A stretch of DNA of 63,984 nucleotides, filler included, from Octopus bimaculoides (GCF_001194135.2; 7 parts of 7 records of this genome joined end to end with filler, not necessarily neighbours in it); one strand, 5' to 3'. Positions 1 through 13,215 are shown, counted from the first letter of the whole stretch. Program-made: numbers and translations. Notes: a model not told the origin generated them from the sequence alone.

Positions 1-220
1 TTTGGACACATATATATGCGTATACGAGTTTACATGGTGCTGGCATGTGCCTGTTTGGACACATATATATGCGTATGTGTATGTGGGTGTATGCGCGTGT
101 GTATGTATCCGTGTGTGTATGTGTATCCGCGTGTGTATATATGCCTGTGTGTGCGTGAGTGTGTGCGTGTATGTGTGTGTGTATGTGTGTGTATGTGTAT
201 GTATGTGTGTGTGTGTGTGT
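1..220. repeat. Degenerate (GT)/(AT) dinucleotide microsatellite
   Basis: Runs of gtgtgt/gtat; explains the CV/HT-rich spurious ORFs. Confidence 0.95.
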
Positions 221-747
221 AAAACGAAGTTAAATAGTACTTACCTACACTGGCAGAGTTTGAACGATGGTCATTTCTGTTGTTTTCGTTCGTTGACTCA
301 ATGACGCAACTGGGTTGCTGGGTTATTTTCTTCATCTGTAAATTGTGGCAGAGGGTGCAATTCATAAAAATAGTTTTGCTTGTTGTTGTACTTGTTGCTG
401 TTGTTTATCTTGCGCCTTTCTTGCGGAATTCCTGTTGATTTTACTGTCATAACCCTTTTTGATTTTAAGCTTTTAATATTTTGTTTGATTTCTCTTTTGT
501 TGGTTATGTTGCTGATGTATTGTTTGTTTCCTTGTTGTTTTAGATATTTTTCTGTTTTTGTCTCTTAGTTTATTTTACAGTACTTTTTCAGTGTACTCTT
601 TTTAGTTTTTGAAATATTAAATTTGTTCTTGTTATGCTCTACTTGTTATAATTGTCGTTTTTGTTTTTGTTCTGTTCGTAGCATTTGATTAAAATGTTGT
701 ATATGCTAACAAAAATACTTTGCACTAAACCATTATTAAAATACTTT

Positions 748-781
<34 letters not shown>

Positions 782-782
782 T

Positions 783-1005
783 ATAGGGGCAAGGTCAGAT
801 ACTTTTGAAGTGTAGTAGTGAATGATGTTAGTCACTATCATCAAACCCAGTACTTGACTGGTACTTTATTTTATCGAATCCCAAAACGAATAAAAGGCAA
901 GGTCGACCTCGGCGGTATTTGAACGCAGAACGTAACGAGCCGAAAGTGATACCAGTAAGGTATTTTTGCCCGACGCACTAACGGTTCGCCCAGCGGTCGC
1001 CGGCT
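783..1005 (-). mobile_element. tRNA-derived SINE, family A (TAA-microsatellite associated)
   Basis: Reverse strand has the B-box-like GTTCAAATACC and the same body as copies at 16881 and 32903. Flanked by (AAT)n at 749-780 and (CTA)n(AAT)n at 1009-1101. Confidence 0.8.
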
Positions 1006-1010
1006 AACTG

Positions 1011-1105
<95 letters not shown>

Positions 1106-1164
1106 AAAATAAAGAAGAAGAACAATAATTTTGCATGAAATCAATATTAATGGATGCTGATAAC

Positions 1165-1893
1165 GTTGTTGTTGTTGTTGTTGTTGTTGTTGTTGCTTTT
1201 GTTATTCTTGTTAGAGTAAGTTTTTTTTTTTGTTTTCCTTAGAATAACTGACAGTTATTATAACGCTTCCTGTGATTGTTATTTTTGGAGCTTGTATTGT
1301 TTCTCTTGTTTAGCCCCTCAGTCAGTTCTTGACGAACAGTCCTTTGGCATGCAGATGTTTATGCTTGATGAAATTATAGCAATGTTTCTTTTTTTTCTGT
1401 TATTATTATTTTATTTTTTTGCTTGCAACTGTTGTTCAATTTTTGCTTGGTGTGTATTTGCTATAATTATTTTTTTTTTTAAAAAGATGTTTTTGTTTCG
1501 TAAAAAAAAAAAAAAAAAAAGGGGGTGCCGTTTTCTAATGTACCCGTTGTTGTTATGCTGTTTGTCGCTTTGCTGATTTTCCTAGCGCTGTTTGTTGTTA
1601 CTGTTGTTGCTGCTGCTGCTGCTGCTGCTGTTGTTGCTGCCGTTACTATTGCTATTGCCCCAACTGCTGCTGCTGCTGCTACTGCTGTCACTGTTGCTGC
1701 CAATGCCGGTCGCCCGATGCTACCGTTATTGACGCCTGTTTATATGACAGTTCTTCATATATACACATCATGGCGGTCTGTAAGAGGATGGAGACAGTAG
1801 ATTAGTGATTGAGTGAGCGGCTGAATAAGGGAGAAAGAGTGGGAGAGAAAGGTAAAGAGAAAGAGAGAGAGAGATAGAGATAAAGAGAGAGAT

Positions 1894-1924
<31 letters not shown>

Positions 1925-2760
1925 AAGAAAAAGAAAAAGCATACAACAGACAGAAAGATAATTAGAGGGAGAGCTAGAAATATTTCTTGTTTACAGCAAT
2001 TAACTTCTTTATAATCATGATCACAATCATCATTATAATTACCACCACCGGTATCATTATTATCGTTGTCACCGTCATCGTGTTCATCATAATCGTCTTC
2101 GTCATCATCGTTGTCATCGTCATTATTGTCATCATTATCATCATCACCATCATCATCCCAGTCATTATCAGGGCTATCTGGATCATGACCAACATTATCA
2201 TTATCATTACCCTCATTATTATTACCACTATTGTCATTGTCTTCTTCGTCTCTCTCTCTCCTTGATGGACATCGACATTATCAGCACCATCAACATCTTC
2301 AATGCGTGCTAATAGGGGAGTCTCTACGATGTCCCTTGCTCAGCTAGAAATAACAGCCAAATCACCTCGACGTTTTATAAAAGACAAATTAGATAATGTA
2401 GCCCTACATTCTCCCAAAAGACGAGGTGGTTACATCTGGAGTCCCTTCAAACGTAGATTTATACGAAGTTGGTTGAAATGGGGCTAAACAACAACATTCA
2501 TATTTTAATTTACACCACCATCATCGTCATCATAAACAACATCAACAACAACACCACACAACTTTGTCTAATGGTGATATTAACCATCAGAACCTCATTG
2601 ATCCACAACGATACGTTCAGCGGTAAAAACAACGGCGGTAACAACTAGCTAACGTAAGAACAATCTTGATAAATGTAGCGTTTACTATGACGCAAATGAT
2701 GACGATGATGGTGATGATGATGATTATGATGTAACGATGACGACGACGACGAGAACAACT
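1165..2760. repeat. Cluster of simple repeats: (GTT)n, (GCT)n, (GA)/(GACA)n, (ATC)n, (GAT/GAC)n
   Basis: Directly visible trinucleotide and dinucleotide tracts; source of the poly-A/V/I ORFs. Confidence 0.9.
2300..2495 (-). repeat. Degenerate interspersed repeat
   Basis: The motif (c)tagaaata(g/a)cagccaaat recurs at ~4905 and ~26715. The gttgtttagcccc end resembles ~5322 and ~5455. Confidence 0.4.
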
Positions 2761-3487
2761 CGAAAGAAGAAGACCATGCTCGTATCTACGTGAGTCGTTC
2801 CTGATTTCCGAACAGCATTGTGGCATAGAGCGATGCTATACCAAATGCTTGTTGTTTTCGAAGGCACCGAATCGAGTCATAAACATAAAGTAATGAACAT
2901 TCTAAAATAACTCTGATTGAAAATGCTTGCTAATGTAATTAGTCAGAACATTTTAATAATTAACCAATGAAATGGTTTCATTCGTGCCCGGTGATCTGAT
3001 AAGTACTTCCAAGTCCAAGCCCTATATTGGACGAAGAACGCAAAGAATGGTTGCTTCATTTATCCATCATGACATTTCCGTGCCCTCTGAATGACCTGTG
3101 AGTTCCTGTAACTGTTGTAAGTGTAACTCATGTCAGCGTAGATCAGTTCAAGCCAGACTATATCGTATCGTGTAAACGCATTGTCTTAAAAGCATTCTAA
3201 CCGTAACATTGCAGCGTAATCTAGGATTGCATTATCCGACAAGTAATATTTTTTAAAAACAAAATCACGTTACGTGAGGAAGGTTTGGCTGCAATTTCCC
3301 GCAAGTGAGCAGTTTTGTAGAAGCTGCTCTGCTTGCTCGTTCCTGTCTTATTTTCGACTATGGCAAAGCATGCTGGGAGATGTGCAACAACCAGTTCGTA
3401 GTGCAGCAAACTCATCATGCAAGTGCATATATCATTCACAAAATGGATATCTTAAGTACAAGGTATTAGATTCCCGTATTATCTTAA

Positions 3488-3889
3488 GTCTGTCTATCTC
3501 TCTGTGTCTCTGTCTGTCTGTCTCTGTCTCTCTGTCTGTCTGTCTCTGTCTTTCTGTCTCACTCTCTCCTCTTGCTTGCTCGTTCATCAATAACCATTTA
3601 TATAGCGTTTTTAAGCAGATTCAGAGACTTGTTTTCCCAAGTAGCTCCTCAACAATCCCTCATATTTAAGAATTCTAAAGCCGTCGAACATGTTTGGCAT
3701 GAAACCTGTTCTGCCAAATTCCTAACATATAACTGACGCCTGTCATTTTCTGGATACGATCTTTCATTCAAGACTACCAATGCAACATGTAATAACGGAG
3801 CTCTTTCCGCCTAACGCTTCATTAAATCTACTGCAGATCAGTAATGTCTTCCAGACTCGTCCCGCCATAAATTAATGACATGTCACCCG

Positions 3890-3960
<71 letters not shown>

Positions 3961-4440
3961 AGTATACACATGAAGCTGTGCCTTACTCCTTAATATTTCT
4001 CATACATGAAATTTAAAGNNNNNNNNNNNNNNNNNNNNNNNNNNNNNNNNNNNNNNNNNNNNNNNNNNNNNNNNNNNNNNNNNNNNNNNNNNNNNNNNNN
4101 NNNNNNNNNNNNNNNNNNNNNNNNNNNNNNNNNNNNNNNNNNNNNNNNNNNNNNNNNNNNNNNNNNNNNNNNNNNNNNNNNNNATACCGATATCTATTTG
4201 ATATGTTACAAATACTCTATAATTTATAGGAAGAGATGCCGTGATGCTTATTACTTTCTTCTAAAAATGATATTTTATTATTAATATAGTATTGATTTCT
4301 TGAGCTATAAAGATGTTCATGGCTATTCCAAGAAATATCTACTACTTATTTTCGACTTCCGGAAACATTTCAACTCTACTCAGGACAATAAAGCCTCATA
4401 TTTCAGAGAAGGAAAAGAAAGGAAAGCAAAAGAGGAAGGG

Positions 4441-4526
<86 letters not shown>

Positions 4527-4810
4527 TGCAACAATAATAATGATAATAATAATAATAATAATAATAAGTAGAGAAAATAAGGAAAGAAGCATGAAATTAA
4601 AATAAAAAGAAAAGGTAGAAAGGAAATAAGAGGATAAGAAGAAAGGAAGTAAGAAAATGAAGAAGCAAAGAGTAGTAAAAGTAGAACAACTTCAAGAAAT
4701 CCAAGAAGAACAAAGACAAGTTACGGCACGAAGAAGAGAGTGAAAAGAAAAAGAAGGAAAGCAAGTAGAAACGGAAGTAGGTAAAGAATCTGAACGGAGA
4801 AGGATTAGAT
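3488..4810. repeat. (CT/CTGT)n, (CA)n, (ATA)n and a purine-rich low-complexity tract around an N gap
   Basis: Visible at 3488-3572, 3892-3957, 4441-4566 and 4570-4810. Confidence 0.9.
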
Positions 4811-7800
4811 GAAAATGTTTAAGTAAATAAACAAAGCTTGCAATGATCAATATTACTGATCCTATGTTTAACAAAAAAGCGAGTCACCATGTGGTCGTCG
4901 AATCTGTTAGAAACAGCAACCAAATCTAACTCAAATAACAATCTATTGCCTTTAAAAGGCAAAAGAATGACATACAGGATCATGTGGTCCTATATGCATT
5001 TTTCAGAAAATTCGACAGATTTTAGGTCTGCTCAACAAAAAACTTGCATTCGGTTTAGTAAGAACAACAATAGAACAACGTCCAGTTGCAGTGGTGGAAT
5101 AATACACTTGAATTCATATATACGATTAGAACAGGGTTTGAAACAAGGAAGACAGGTGATGAAAAATCAGATTTCTAACTCCAGATCAACCCTGGATTAA
5201 GAGACCTAGAATCAAAGAGTTCTAGAGGAAATCATCGTTTCTGTTTTCAGAAATGATGTATCTAAGACTATACAATTAATACGCCCTTCCTTTCCCTAAG
5301 ATGATGAACTGTAATTTAATGTTGTTGTTCAACCCTTGGTGGCTCATAACTATGACCAAAGGTACAGGTATAACCAAGCGATATTATTTTTCAGATGTGG
5401 TGTATCTAGAGCTTTATCAAGAGGGCAGGGTTGGGTTGATGTTGATAATGTCAATTGGTCCCAGGTCAGTCCCGATCCTGCAAAGTTATGATCACATACT
5501 TTACAGCTGATACGATCCCATCTTCTTTACACAACTTTGTAGGTTGTGGTATGTGGTAGTATAATACTATCTGACCGACTGACCTCTTAAAGGCTACTGT
5601 AGGCAGGAGATTTACTGGTAAATTAAAGGACTAATCAATTTCACGCGCTCCTCAAATTCTGCAACGGTGACCTTAATTATTCAATACAAATATTTAACCA
5701 GAGCTGTTTAGATTATGAGGCCTTACCATTCATGTTGCTGGAAGCAATAAATATTTCAACTCATAAATGTGGTAGTGTAACTAAGATATACAACTGTTTT
5801 CTCGTATCAAATGCGTTTTAGTAAGGGTAAATAATAATTAGTGGTAGAAAATTAACAAGATCAATATGAGATAAGTCTAAAGTAACAGATAAAATCACGA
5901 TATTGAATACAACGTAACTACGTACCATAGAAACACAACCGAAGTTACATAAAAAATTCCTTAAACACAAAATGTAAAACAATGAATTATGAGTAGAATA
6001 TAATAAACTGTACGAAGTAGCAAAAATACAGAACATAGTATTTTGAAAGTCTACAACACAATATGTAAAATTCTAAACTTGCTATGCATGATTACACGAC
6101 AATAGAGTAAACATTTAAAGACAATAGAAATATAATCACAACATGACACACCATAATACCACAGATAACACCGAACAATACCAAACACACTGATAAACAT
6201 AACACTGCAATTTATAATAAAAAGTACTTTTAAACACATTACATAATTAACATACAATAAAGGTCAACAGAAAGCAATGCATTTACGATATATTTTGCAA
6301 ATATATCTCATTATAACACATTGTAATATGCCATAAGACAAATAAATGAAACCGTTTTAAAAAATGCTCTAGTTCTTGTATTAACCCTACCAGAGCACGT
6401 ACTGATATGCAAATGAGTAAAATCAACACCTGTTATTCATAGTATCTTTATGAGGATGGAGCTATAAGCGACTTCCACTTCCCTCTCTAGGACGTGTAAA
6501 AATACATAATGAAACAAAGAGAGAAAGAGAAATAAGAGACAGAAAGATAGATAGATAGTTAGCTAGCTAGCTAAATAGATAGATAGAGAGCGATCCTCGT
6601 AGCTTAGTTCAAGTGTCAATTTAAAGGGTGGAGATGTAAGGGAATTAACTTCATAAGAATTCAAAACAGCTTTAAAGTTAGAATGCTTATGTGAGGTTGC
6701 TGAATATAACTGAAAAACAAACCCACCTAAGTTTAGTTATATATAAGGGTGGAGAAAGATGAAAGCCGATTTCATAGCGTGTAGCTTTCATGTCTTGGTA
6801 ATAAGTTTGTAATTTGGAAAAAGAAAACGAAAGACATGCAAAACTATAAATGTAATAAAATTAAATGGGTACACAACATTTCAATGTGATGTAATGAAAA
6901 TCTATTCAAGAAACGAAAATAAGAGAAATACAACACACACACACTTCCACACACGCACATATGTGCACACACACTCAAATACACAAATCTGGAAATTAAC
7001 AAAGATATTTCTAAATTAAGTTAATGTGGAATATATATCATATTAGGAAGTAAGGAGGTAGAATAAAAGCCGCAGTGAAAATAAAAAGTTGGGATTACTT
7101 CATAAAGAATTGAAGACTTAAGAAAACATTTATCAAAGATGAATTAAAGTTTATTTCTTGAAGTTTTCAAACTCATAGGTGCGTGGCTTACTCTATGTGT
7201 ATTTTGAAGAAACAAGGAGATTATTCTATAAGAATTGTATGAGAAGATCAAAAAGCTGAACTCTCTCTTTTTCTCTGCCTCTCTCTTTCCTATAATTAAG
7301 TTTTTATAATTATATACTTCAGAATTTAATTTTACCGATATGGTCGTTTTTTTTTTATACGCTACCTACTAATATAATCATTTTAATGATTATATCCTCA
7401 ATTTATAAGTATAAATAATTTTTGAGTTCTCTAGTCATTATATTATGCTGTGGTATAATATTTACCCCGTATGATTTCTGACATTAACTGCATGGCCGAG
7501 ATGGGCGATTAGATGTAATGTATACTCGGGAAATGCATGTATATATTGGTATCTGTACGCAAAAATTTATTGGTATGTATATATATTTTTTCTCTTATAT
7601 ATTGTTGGTATATCTCTACTGAGGAGTGTAAAGTGATCGTTATTACAGAGCACGAAATACAGGATATAGGATTATCCAAAATTTTGTAAATTTTCTTGCT
7701 CATTGCATCGCATTCGACCTTGGATTATAAATGGAGCACAAATTTAGAGTGGATTGTAGGTATTTGACATCAGCTTCTAGCGTATAGGCACTGGAATTCT

Positions 7801-8499
7801 AGCGCCCTCAATTGTAATCAGATTTTTATAATTGTTTACTTGGTTCAGACGTGTTTTCCTGATCTCCTGAAAACCCGTAAAAATATTTCAAAGCAAAGAG
7901 CATACTGATCAGGAAAATATACCAATATACAATATATCTATAAAATTACGATATATTTAAAATCACCTACATAAATATACTGAGCAGAAAGAATCTTCGA
8001 CAAAACACGAAGTCAAAACATCGCTGTTTCTCCAATCAAGAAATTCCTCCTCGTGCTTACGGGAACTTCCTCCGCGTGCTTGCGGGAAAGTAGAGAAAAT
8101 TCTTGAGATCCACCATAACTTCAAAAAAAAAAAAAACTTGAGATAAGATAAGATAAGTATACGTGCATTTTCTATAATTAAATTAACGAAAGGTCCCGAA
8201 AAAGTAAAAAAAAAGTTATAAGTTATCGATCCTCCTTTTCTGTATTTTGTTCATTTTGTTTACACGACGACGTTTTATTTTCTTTCCTCCTCTTCTCTTC
8301 TTTGTTTACATATTTTTCTTTCTAACGAGGTCTGATAGATACTGGCTTTCTATTTCTTCTAACCCATTCGTTTATTTTGGTTATAAGTTAGGAAAGCGTT
8401 TATTCTCTATTCGAATAATTATTCACTTTTCTTTCAGGAGCTTGCAAAACAAAACCAAACCAGGCTGGAATATATATATCTCATGTAACTTCCACTTTC

Positions 8500-8925
8500 T
8501 TTTCTCTCCATCACTTTGCTTTTTTTTTTTTACAAATATATATACTCCTCTCACTTCACTTTACTTTTCTCACTTACAAACGATACATCCCCCTACTCTC
8601 TCTTTATACAAAAATCAATGTGTATGTAGTCTCTTTCTCTATCCTTCTCTCTCACTTTCTCCAAATATATTTACTGACTTACTCTCTCACTCAAACCCTA
8701 GCGATACATACTCCTCTCTCTGTCCTAGAATCAACGTGTATCTAGTCTCTCTCTCTCCTCGTCTCTGTCACTTTCTCCAAATAAATATCCTTTTTCCTCT
8801 CTTTTTTCTCTCCATCACTTTGCTCTTTTTTCAAAGACTTTTACATCTCACTCAGACCTTAGCGATACATCCTCCTCCTCCTCTCTCTGTACTAAAGTAA
8901 ATTTGTATCCAGTCTCTCTTTCGCC
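8500..8925. repeat. Diverged pyrimidine-rich tandem repeat, ~120-160 bp unit, 3 copies
   Basis: The unit cgatacat...ctctct...gtat(c/g)tagtctct recurs at ~8581, ~8702 and ~8862. Confidence 0.7.
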
Positions 8926-8989
8926 TTCTCTTTCTCAATCCCACTTACTCCCCTCCCCTATTTTCATCTACTCACACCTACAACCCAAT

Positions 8990-9480
8990 CCCCCACCGTT
9001 ACTATATTCCTGACGGGTGACTTCAACTTCCCCAACATCAGGGGGCTTGAGGGCAATTTTACCCCAGGAATGACGCACAAAGAACGAAATCAAGCAGAAT
9101 CTCTACTTGATCTTACGAAAATGCTCTTCATAAAGCAGATCATACTCTTTTCAACCAGGCACAAAAATATCTTTACCTCTGTTTTATAAACAATGTGGAA
9201 CTTAGCCACAACGTTAATATATCACCGACAATTTTCTCAGACCATAACATGATACAACTGACAATGTATGGCTCGGAATTAACTAAAGATAAACTCATCA
9301 CAGATGGCGCTCAAACCCTATCCAGCCTAAATTTCTATAAAGCTGACAGGAAGTCACTTGAAAAACAGATAATTCAGCAGGACGGGCCTAAAAGTCTCTC
9401 TATGCAAGTCATACATATGAAACTCAATAAATTCATGTCAATAAAGCGAGCTATATGCATTAAATATGTCCCAGAGTAGG
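8990..9480 (+). mobile_element. CR1/Jockey-group LINE ORF2 fragment, APE endonuclease C-terminal part
   Basis: Translation gives IFLTGDFNFPNI and SPTIFSDHNMI (GDFN and SDH motifs), then LNFYKAD; interrupted by frameshifts. Confidence 0.85.
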
Positions 9481-9789
9481 GAACCAATACAGACAAAATT
9501 GTAATTGTTTGGCTATTTTTAGAAATGTTGTAAACATTTCCCAGGGAATTTTACATTTTAGTAATCATAACCATTATCATCATCTTTATCATTGTTGTCG
9601 TTGCTGGTGGTGGTGGTAGGAGTGGCTGTGGTAATAGAAATTTAAACCCCAAATAAAATTATTTTTACCTACTTTTCTCATGACTTAGCTAGTATTTTCC
9701 TGTTATCGTCATCATGAGAACCGTTAATATTGTTGTTGTTATTAGTGGTAGTGGTCGTAGCAATAGAAATAGTACCTCTAAGAATTATT

Positions 9790-10850
9790 ATTATGGTTTA
9801 TTTAGCTTGGGTTGAAATTTATTATTAATAAAGTTCTTTTCCCTGATTTCTCTCTCGATTTCACTTGGACTGTGTAGTTTGTGTAATGGAAGTATAAATA
9901 TTTTCCGACCTCATGTTGCAAGATGGTTACTAAAAGGTATCTGACGGACATCTGGGTCTCTAATTTGCTGTGGATCCACACGTAAACGTTCTGATAGTCC
10001 ATTTCCAGTCTGACCCACATATTGTTCTTCACAATTCGGGCGTTTGATACAGCAAATTAAATTTCTGCTTTTGCAGTTCATATTTGCGTTTGTGAATATT
10101 TTTCCGGTTTTTGTGGCCATATATTGGCCGGTATGTATGAATTGGCATGTGCCACATCGGCTATCATTACATTTAGATACAGTGAATGATTGGTTTTTGT
10201 TGCTAAGGTCAAACTTTGCTTTGTTAAAAAATTTTTCAAGTTTTTAGGCTGGCTTTTACTATCTGCGATTATATCTTTTAACTCATTACTTTGGGCAATC
10301 ATTGCTAGGTTTACTTTGGCTATGTTGAAGATATTCTGGTGACATGGGTTGTGTCTCACTATAAATGGTATGACTTGTTCTTGTTTTCCTCTTCTTTGGG
10401 TTGTCCTCAGTTGTTGTATGGGTATTTTTATAGACAGTTGTATGCCGTTTTCTATAAGTAGAGATGGGTATTTTTGTTCGAGCAAAAATTCTCTTAGTTC
10501 TGTTTAGGCGTTTGTTCCTGATATTCGCATCTTCTACAATGATACAAATTCTTCCGGCTAGGCAATATGGGATGTTGCGTTTTGTATGTGGTGGATGGCA
10601 TGACTTAAAATTCAATGGCAGCTGTGCGAGATTGTGTGTCTGTGTTTATAGTATATATCTGTGGTAATGGTGGTGTCCTTTTTTATTACCATTATATCTA
10701 GGAATGATAATTTGATACTCCTCATCTCCTTTGTAAATAGGAGAAATGGGTGTATGTTGTTCAGGAGGATATTGAACTCTTCCAGAGTATTTAGAGATTC
10801 TCTCCAGATTATGAAGCAATCGTCAAGGTATCTCTTCCATGCCTATTCAA
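9790..10850 (-). mobile_element. Penelope-like retroelement 3' fragment: RT, C-terminal domain and GIY-YIG endonuclease (pseudogenised)
   Basis: WKRYLDDCFIIW...FLDIMV...TDIYYKHTD (RT). KSCHPPHTKRNIPY..A.RIC (thumb/CTD). NLICCIKRPNCEEQYVGQTG..L.ER (GIY-YIG), ending KFQPKLN. Confidence 0.9.
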
Positions 10851-10861
10851 TATATAGTTAT

Positions 10862-11003
10862 TTACTTTATTTACATTTGACGGATATTTGTCCTCATCTT
10901 GTTTGTTGTTAACACAACATTTCGGCTGACATACCCTCCAGCCTTCATCAGGTGCGTTGGGGAAATTTCGAATCTGGGTTCTCATTCCTAAGGTATTTTT
11001 CGA

Positions 11004-11059
<56 letters not shown>

Positions 11060-11126
11060 TCTCAGCCTGGAATTGAACTCGGAATCTTGGGGTTAGTAGC
11101 CCTCGCTCTTAACCACTACGCCATAT
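10862..11126 (-). mobile_element. tRNA-derived SINE with a hammerhead-bearing 3' region
   Basis: A-box TGGCGTAGTGG (11113-11123), B-box GAGTTCAATTCC (11069-11080), internal (AAT)n, then a CTGATGA...GAAA core. The 5' start runs into the gap. Confidence 0.85.
10911..10955 (-). ncRNA. Minimal type I hammerhead ribozyme
   Basis: GCAC-CUGAUGA-A-GGCUG-(GAGGGUAUGU)-CAGCC-GAAA-UG-U-U-GUGU. Stem I GCAC/GUGU, stem II GGCUG/CAGCC, conserved core intact, stem III minimal. Confidence 0.75.
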
Positions 11127-12029
11127 NNNNNNNNNNNNNNNNNNNNNNNNNNNNNNNNNNNNNNNNNNNNNNNNNNNNNNNNNNNNNNNNNNNNNNNNNN
11201 NNNNNNNNNNNNNNNNNNNNNNNNNNNNNNNNNNNNNNNNNNNNNNNNNNNNNNNNNNNNNNNNNNNNNNNNNNNNNNNNNNNNNNNNNNNNNNNNNNNN
11301 NNNNNNNNNNNNNNNNNNNNNNNNNNNNNNNNNNNNNNNNNNNNNNNNNNNNNNNNNNNNNNNNNNNNNNNNNNNNNNNNNNNNNNNNNNNNNNNNNNNN
11401 NNNNNNNNNNNNNNNNNNNNNNNNNNNNNNNNNNNNNNNNNNNNNNNNNNNNNNNNNNNNNNNNNNNNNNNNNNNNNNNNNNNNNNNNNNNNNNNNNNNN
11501 NNNNNNNNNNNNNNNNNNNNNNNNNNNNNNNNNNNNNNNNNNNNNNNNNNNNNNNNNNNNNNNNNNNNNNNNNNNNNNNNNNNNNNNNNNNNNNNNNNNN
11601 NNNNNNNNNNNNNNNNNNNNNNNNNNNNNNNNNNNNNNNNNNNNNNNNNNNNNNNNNNNNNNNNNNNNNNNNNNNNNNNNNNNNNNNNNNNNNNNNNNNN
11701 NNNNNNNNNNNNNNNNNNNNNNNNNNNNNNNNNNNNNNNNNNNNNNNNNNNNNNNNNNNNNNNNNNNNNNNNNNNNNNNNNNNNNNNNNNNNNNNNNNNN
11801 NNNNNNNNNNNNNNNNNNNNNNNNNNNNNNNNNNNNNNNNNNNNNNNNATATATATATTTATATATATATATATATATATGATTGTAGCTTCTCGTAGTC
11901 CGAGAAAGACGGTTCTGCAATCTCTTGTTCATGGTGATCAAATATATGTGCTATGTATTAGCATACTCTCTCCCTCAAAATCAACGTTGCCTGAATAGCT
12001 ACACGTGAGATGCCGAAGTGATTGGAGAT

Positions 12030-12145
12030 CTACATCAGATGAGGTGTTTTGCTCAAAAACACAACGCACCAAGAATTGAAACCCAGGAATTGAAACTACG
12101 TTCTCGCCATCATGATGGAACACCCTAAACGCTAGGCTATGTACA
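12030..12145 (-). mobile_element. Degenerate tRNA-derived SINE head
   Basis: Reverse strand: tagcctagcgtttagggtg...gtttcaattcc...gcgttgtgtttttgagcaa; similar to the copy at 26918. Confidence 0.55.
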
Positions 12146-12210
12146 CTCCGCTGTATTTAATATGAACATCTCACTCATTTTACATATAAAAATATAATGA
12201 CTATATGTAA

Positions 12211-12246
<36 letters not shown>

Positions 12247-12299
12247 ACATGTACAACATGCATAAAAAATATGATATAACCATCATGTTAGGATTAGTT

Positions 12300-12620
12300 G
12301 TTCACATTTGGATAATGTCACTTCCAGCATCGTGCACCATAAGAGAAACAAAGACGAATCCACTCAAAATCCACCCCAAACTTATACCTCCAACTGATGA
12401 AATCCTACTAGGTATCCATTGGGAGGATTCCGCCTCACGAGATCCTTGGACTATAGAGCCCTCCGATGGTATCACGACACATTACATCCATAACAGCTAA
12501 TACCTTCAAGGCAAGATACTCACAGCATATGCACTTCTTCAGATATAGTGGAATAGAGATCTGATTTCCTTGTTTTTCTTCATATAGAGATTCCGTAAGT
12601 ACAGTGACATTTCACCCCAG
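12300..12620 (+). mobile_element. Possible degenerate Penelope-like GIY-YIG fragment
   Basis: HYI followed by a frameshift into ITANTFKARYSQHMHFFR resembles the YIG.T..TFK.RY..H..SF pattern of PLE endonucleases. Confidence 0.35.
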
Positions 12621-12934
12621 TATCATATGGAACATATCTGATAGGGCTTCACTTTACTCAGCCGGGGCTCATAATTGCTGACTCTATATCTGAGAAAAAC
12701 TGAACGCACTTCAACAGTCTGTTGTGTTCACTAATAAAAAGACAGTTATTTCATACTGTAATACGCTCTTTTGATGTATAGAATGTCGTTGCACCCATCT
12801 CTCCGATAACCCAAATATACCACCAACGACCGGGCTTATACTATGCATGCTGCTTGCACAGAGATTATCGTTCTCCATTTTTACATTTCAATGAGCCAGC
12901 AGATACATTAGGCACGTGTACGTCAAACGTCCTC

Positions 12935-13215
12935 CGATGACTAAGTGACATTAATATTATGCCTTCTTAAATACGTGGAGGGTTTTCATTCACCATATAA
13001 TATAGTCGCTGAATTATCAGTATATCCACATGACCGTATATGATAAACGAATGTCAGCCGTTCTCTCTCTGTAAGTCACTGATGTCGCTACGTATTACAT
13101 ATAACGCATCGATGACTAAGTTACATTATTCCGCCTGCTTTAACACGTGGAGTATTTAGACCTAATATCTGCTGTCGCTGGGTTATCACTGCACCAACGT
13201 GGTACCAACTGATCA
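12935..13215. repeat. Diverged tandem repeat, 175 bp period, 2 copies
   Basis: cgatgactaagt(g/t)acatta...acgtggag...gtcgctg..ttatca...aacgaa starts at 12935 and 13110. Confidence 0.75.

Noticed and set aside
2980-3215. Possible mariner-like terminus (cccggtgatctgataagt)
   Set aside because: No matching second TIR or transposase remnant found; too weak to call.
7854-7917. 11-bp inverted repeat ttttcctgatc / gatcaggaaaa
   Set aside because: Short and AT-rich, with no TSD or valid ribozyme core.
8247-8900. 217-aa F/L/S-rich ORF
   Set aside because: Chance read-through of a pyrimidine-rich tandem repeat; no domain signal.
11060-11126. tRNA-like A/B boxes here and at 27285 and 63426
   Set aside because: They continue into repeat bodies and lack a full cloverleaf acceptor stem: SINE heads, not tRNA genes.
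12394-12430. CTGATGA followed by an ATCCT/AGGAT stem (also CTGATGA at 39556, and on the minus strand at 40914-40920)
   Set aside because: No correctly placed GAAA or closing stems, so no hammerhead fold.
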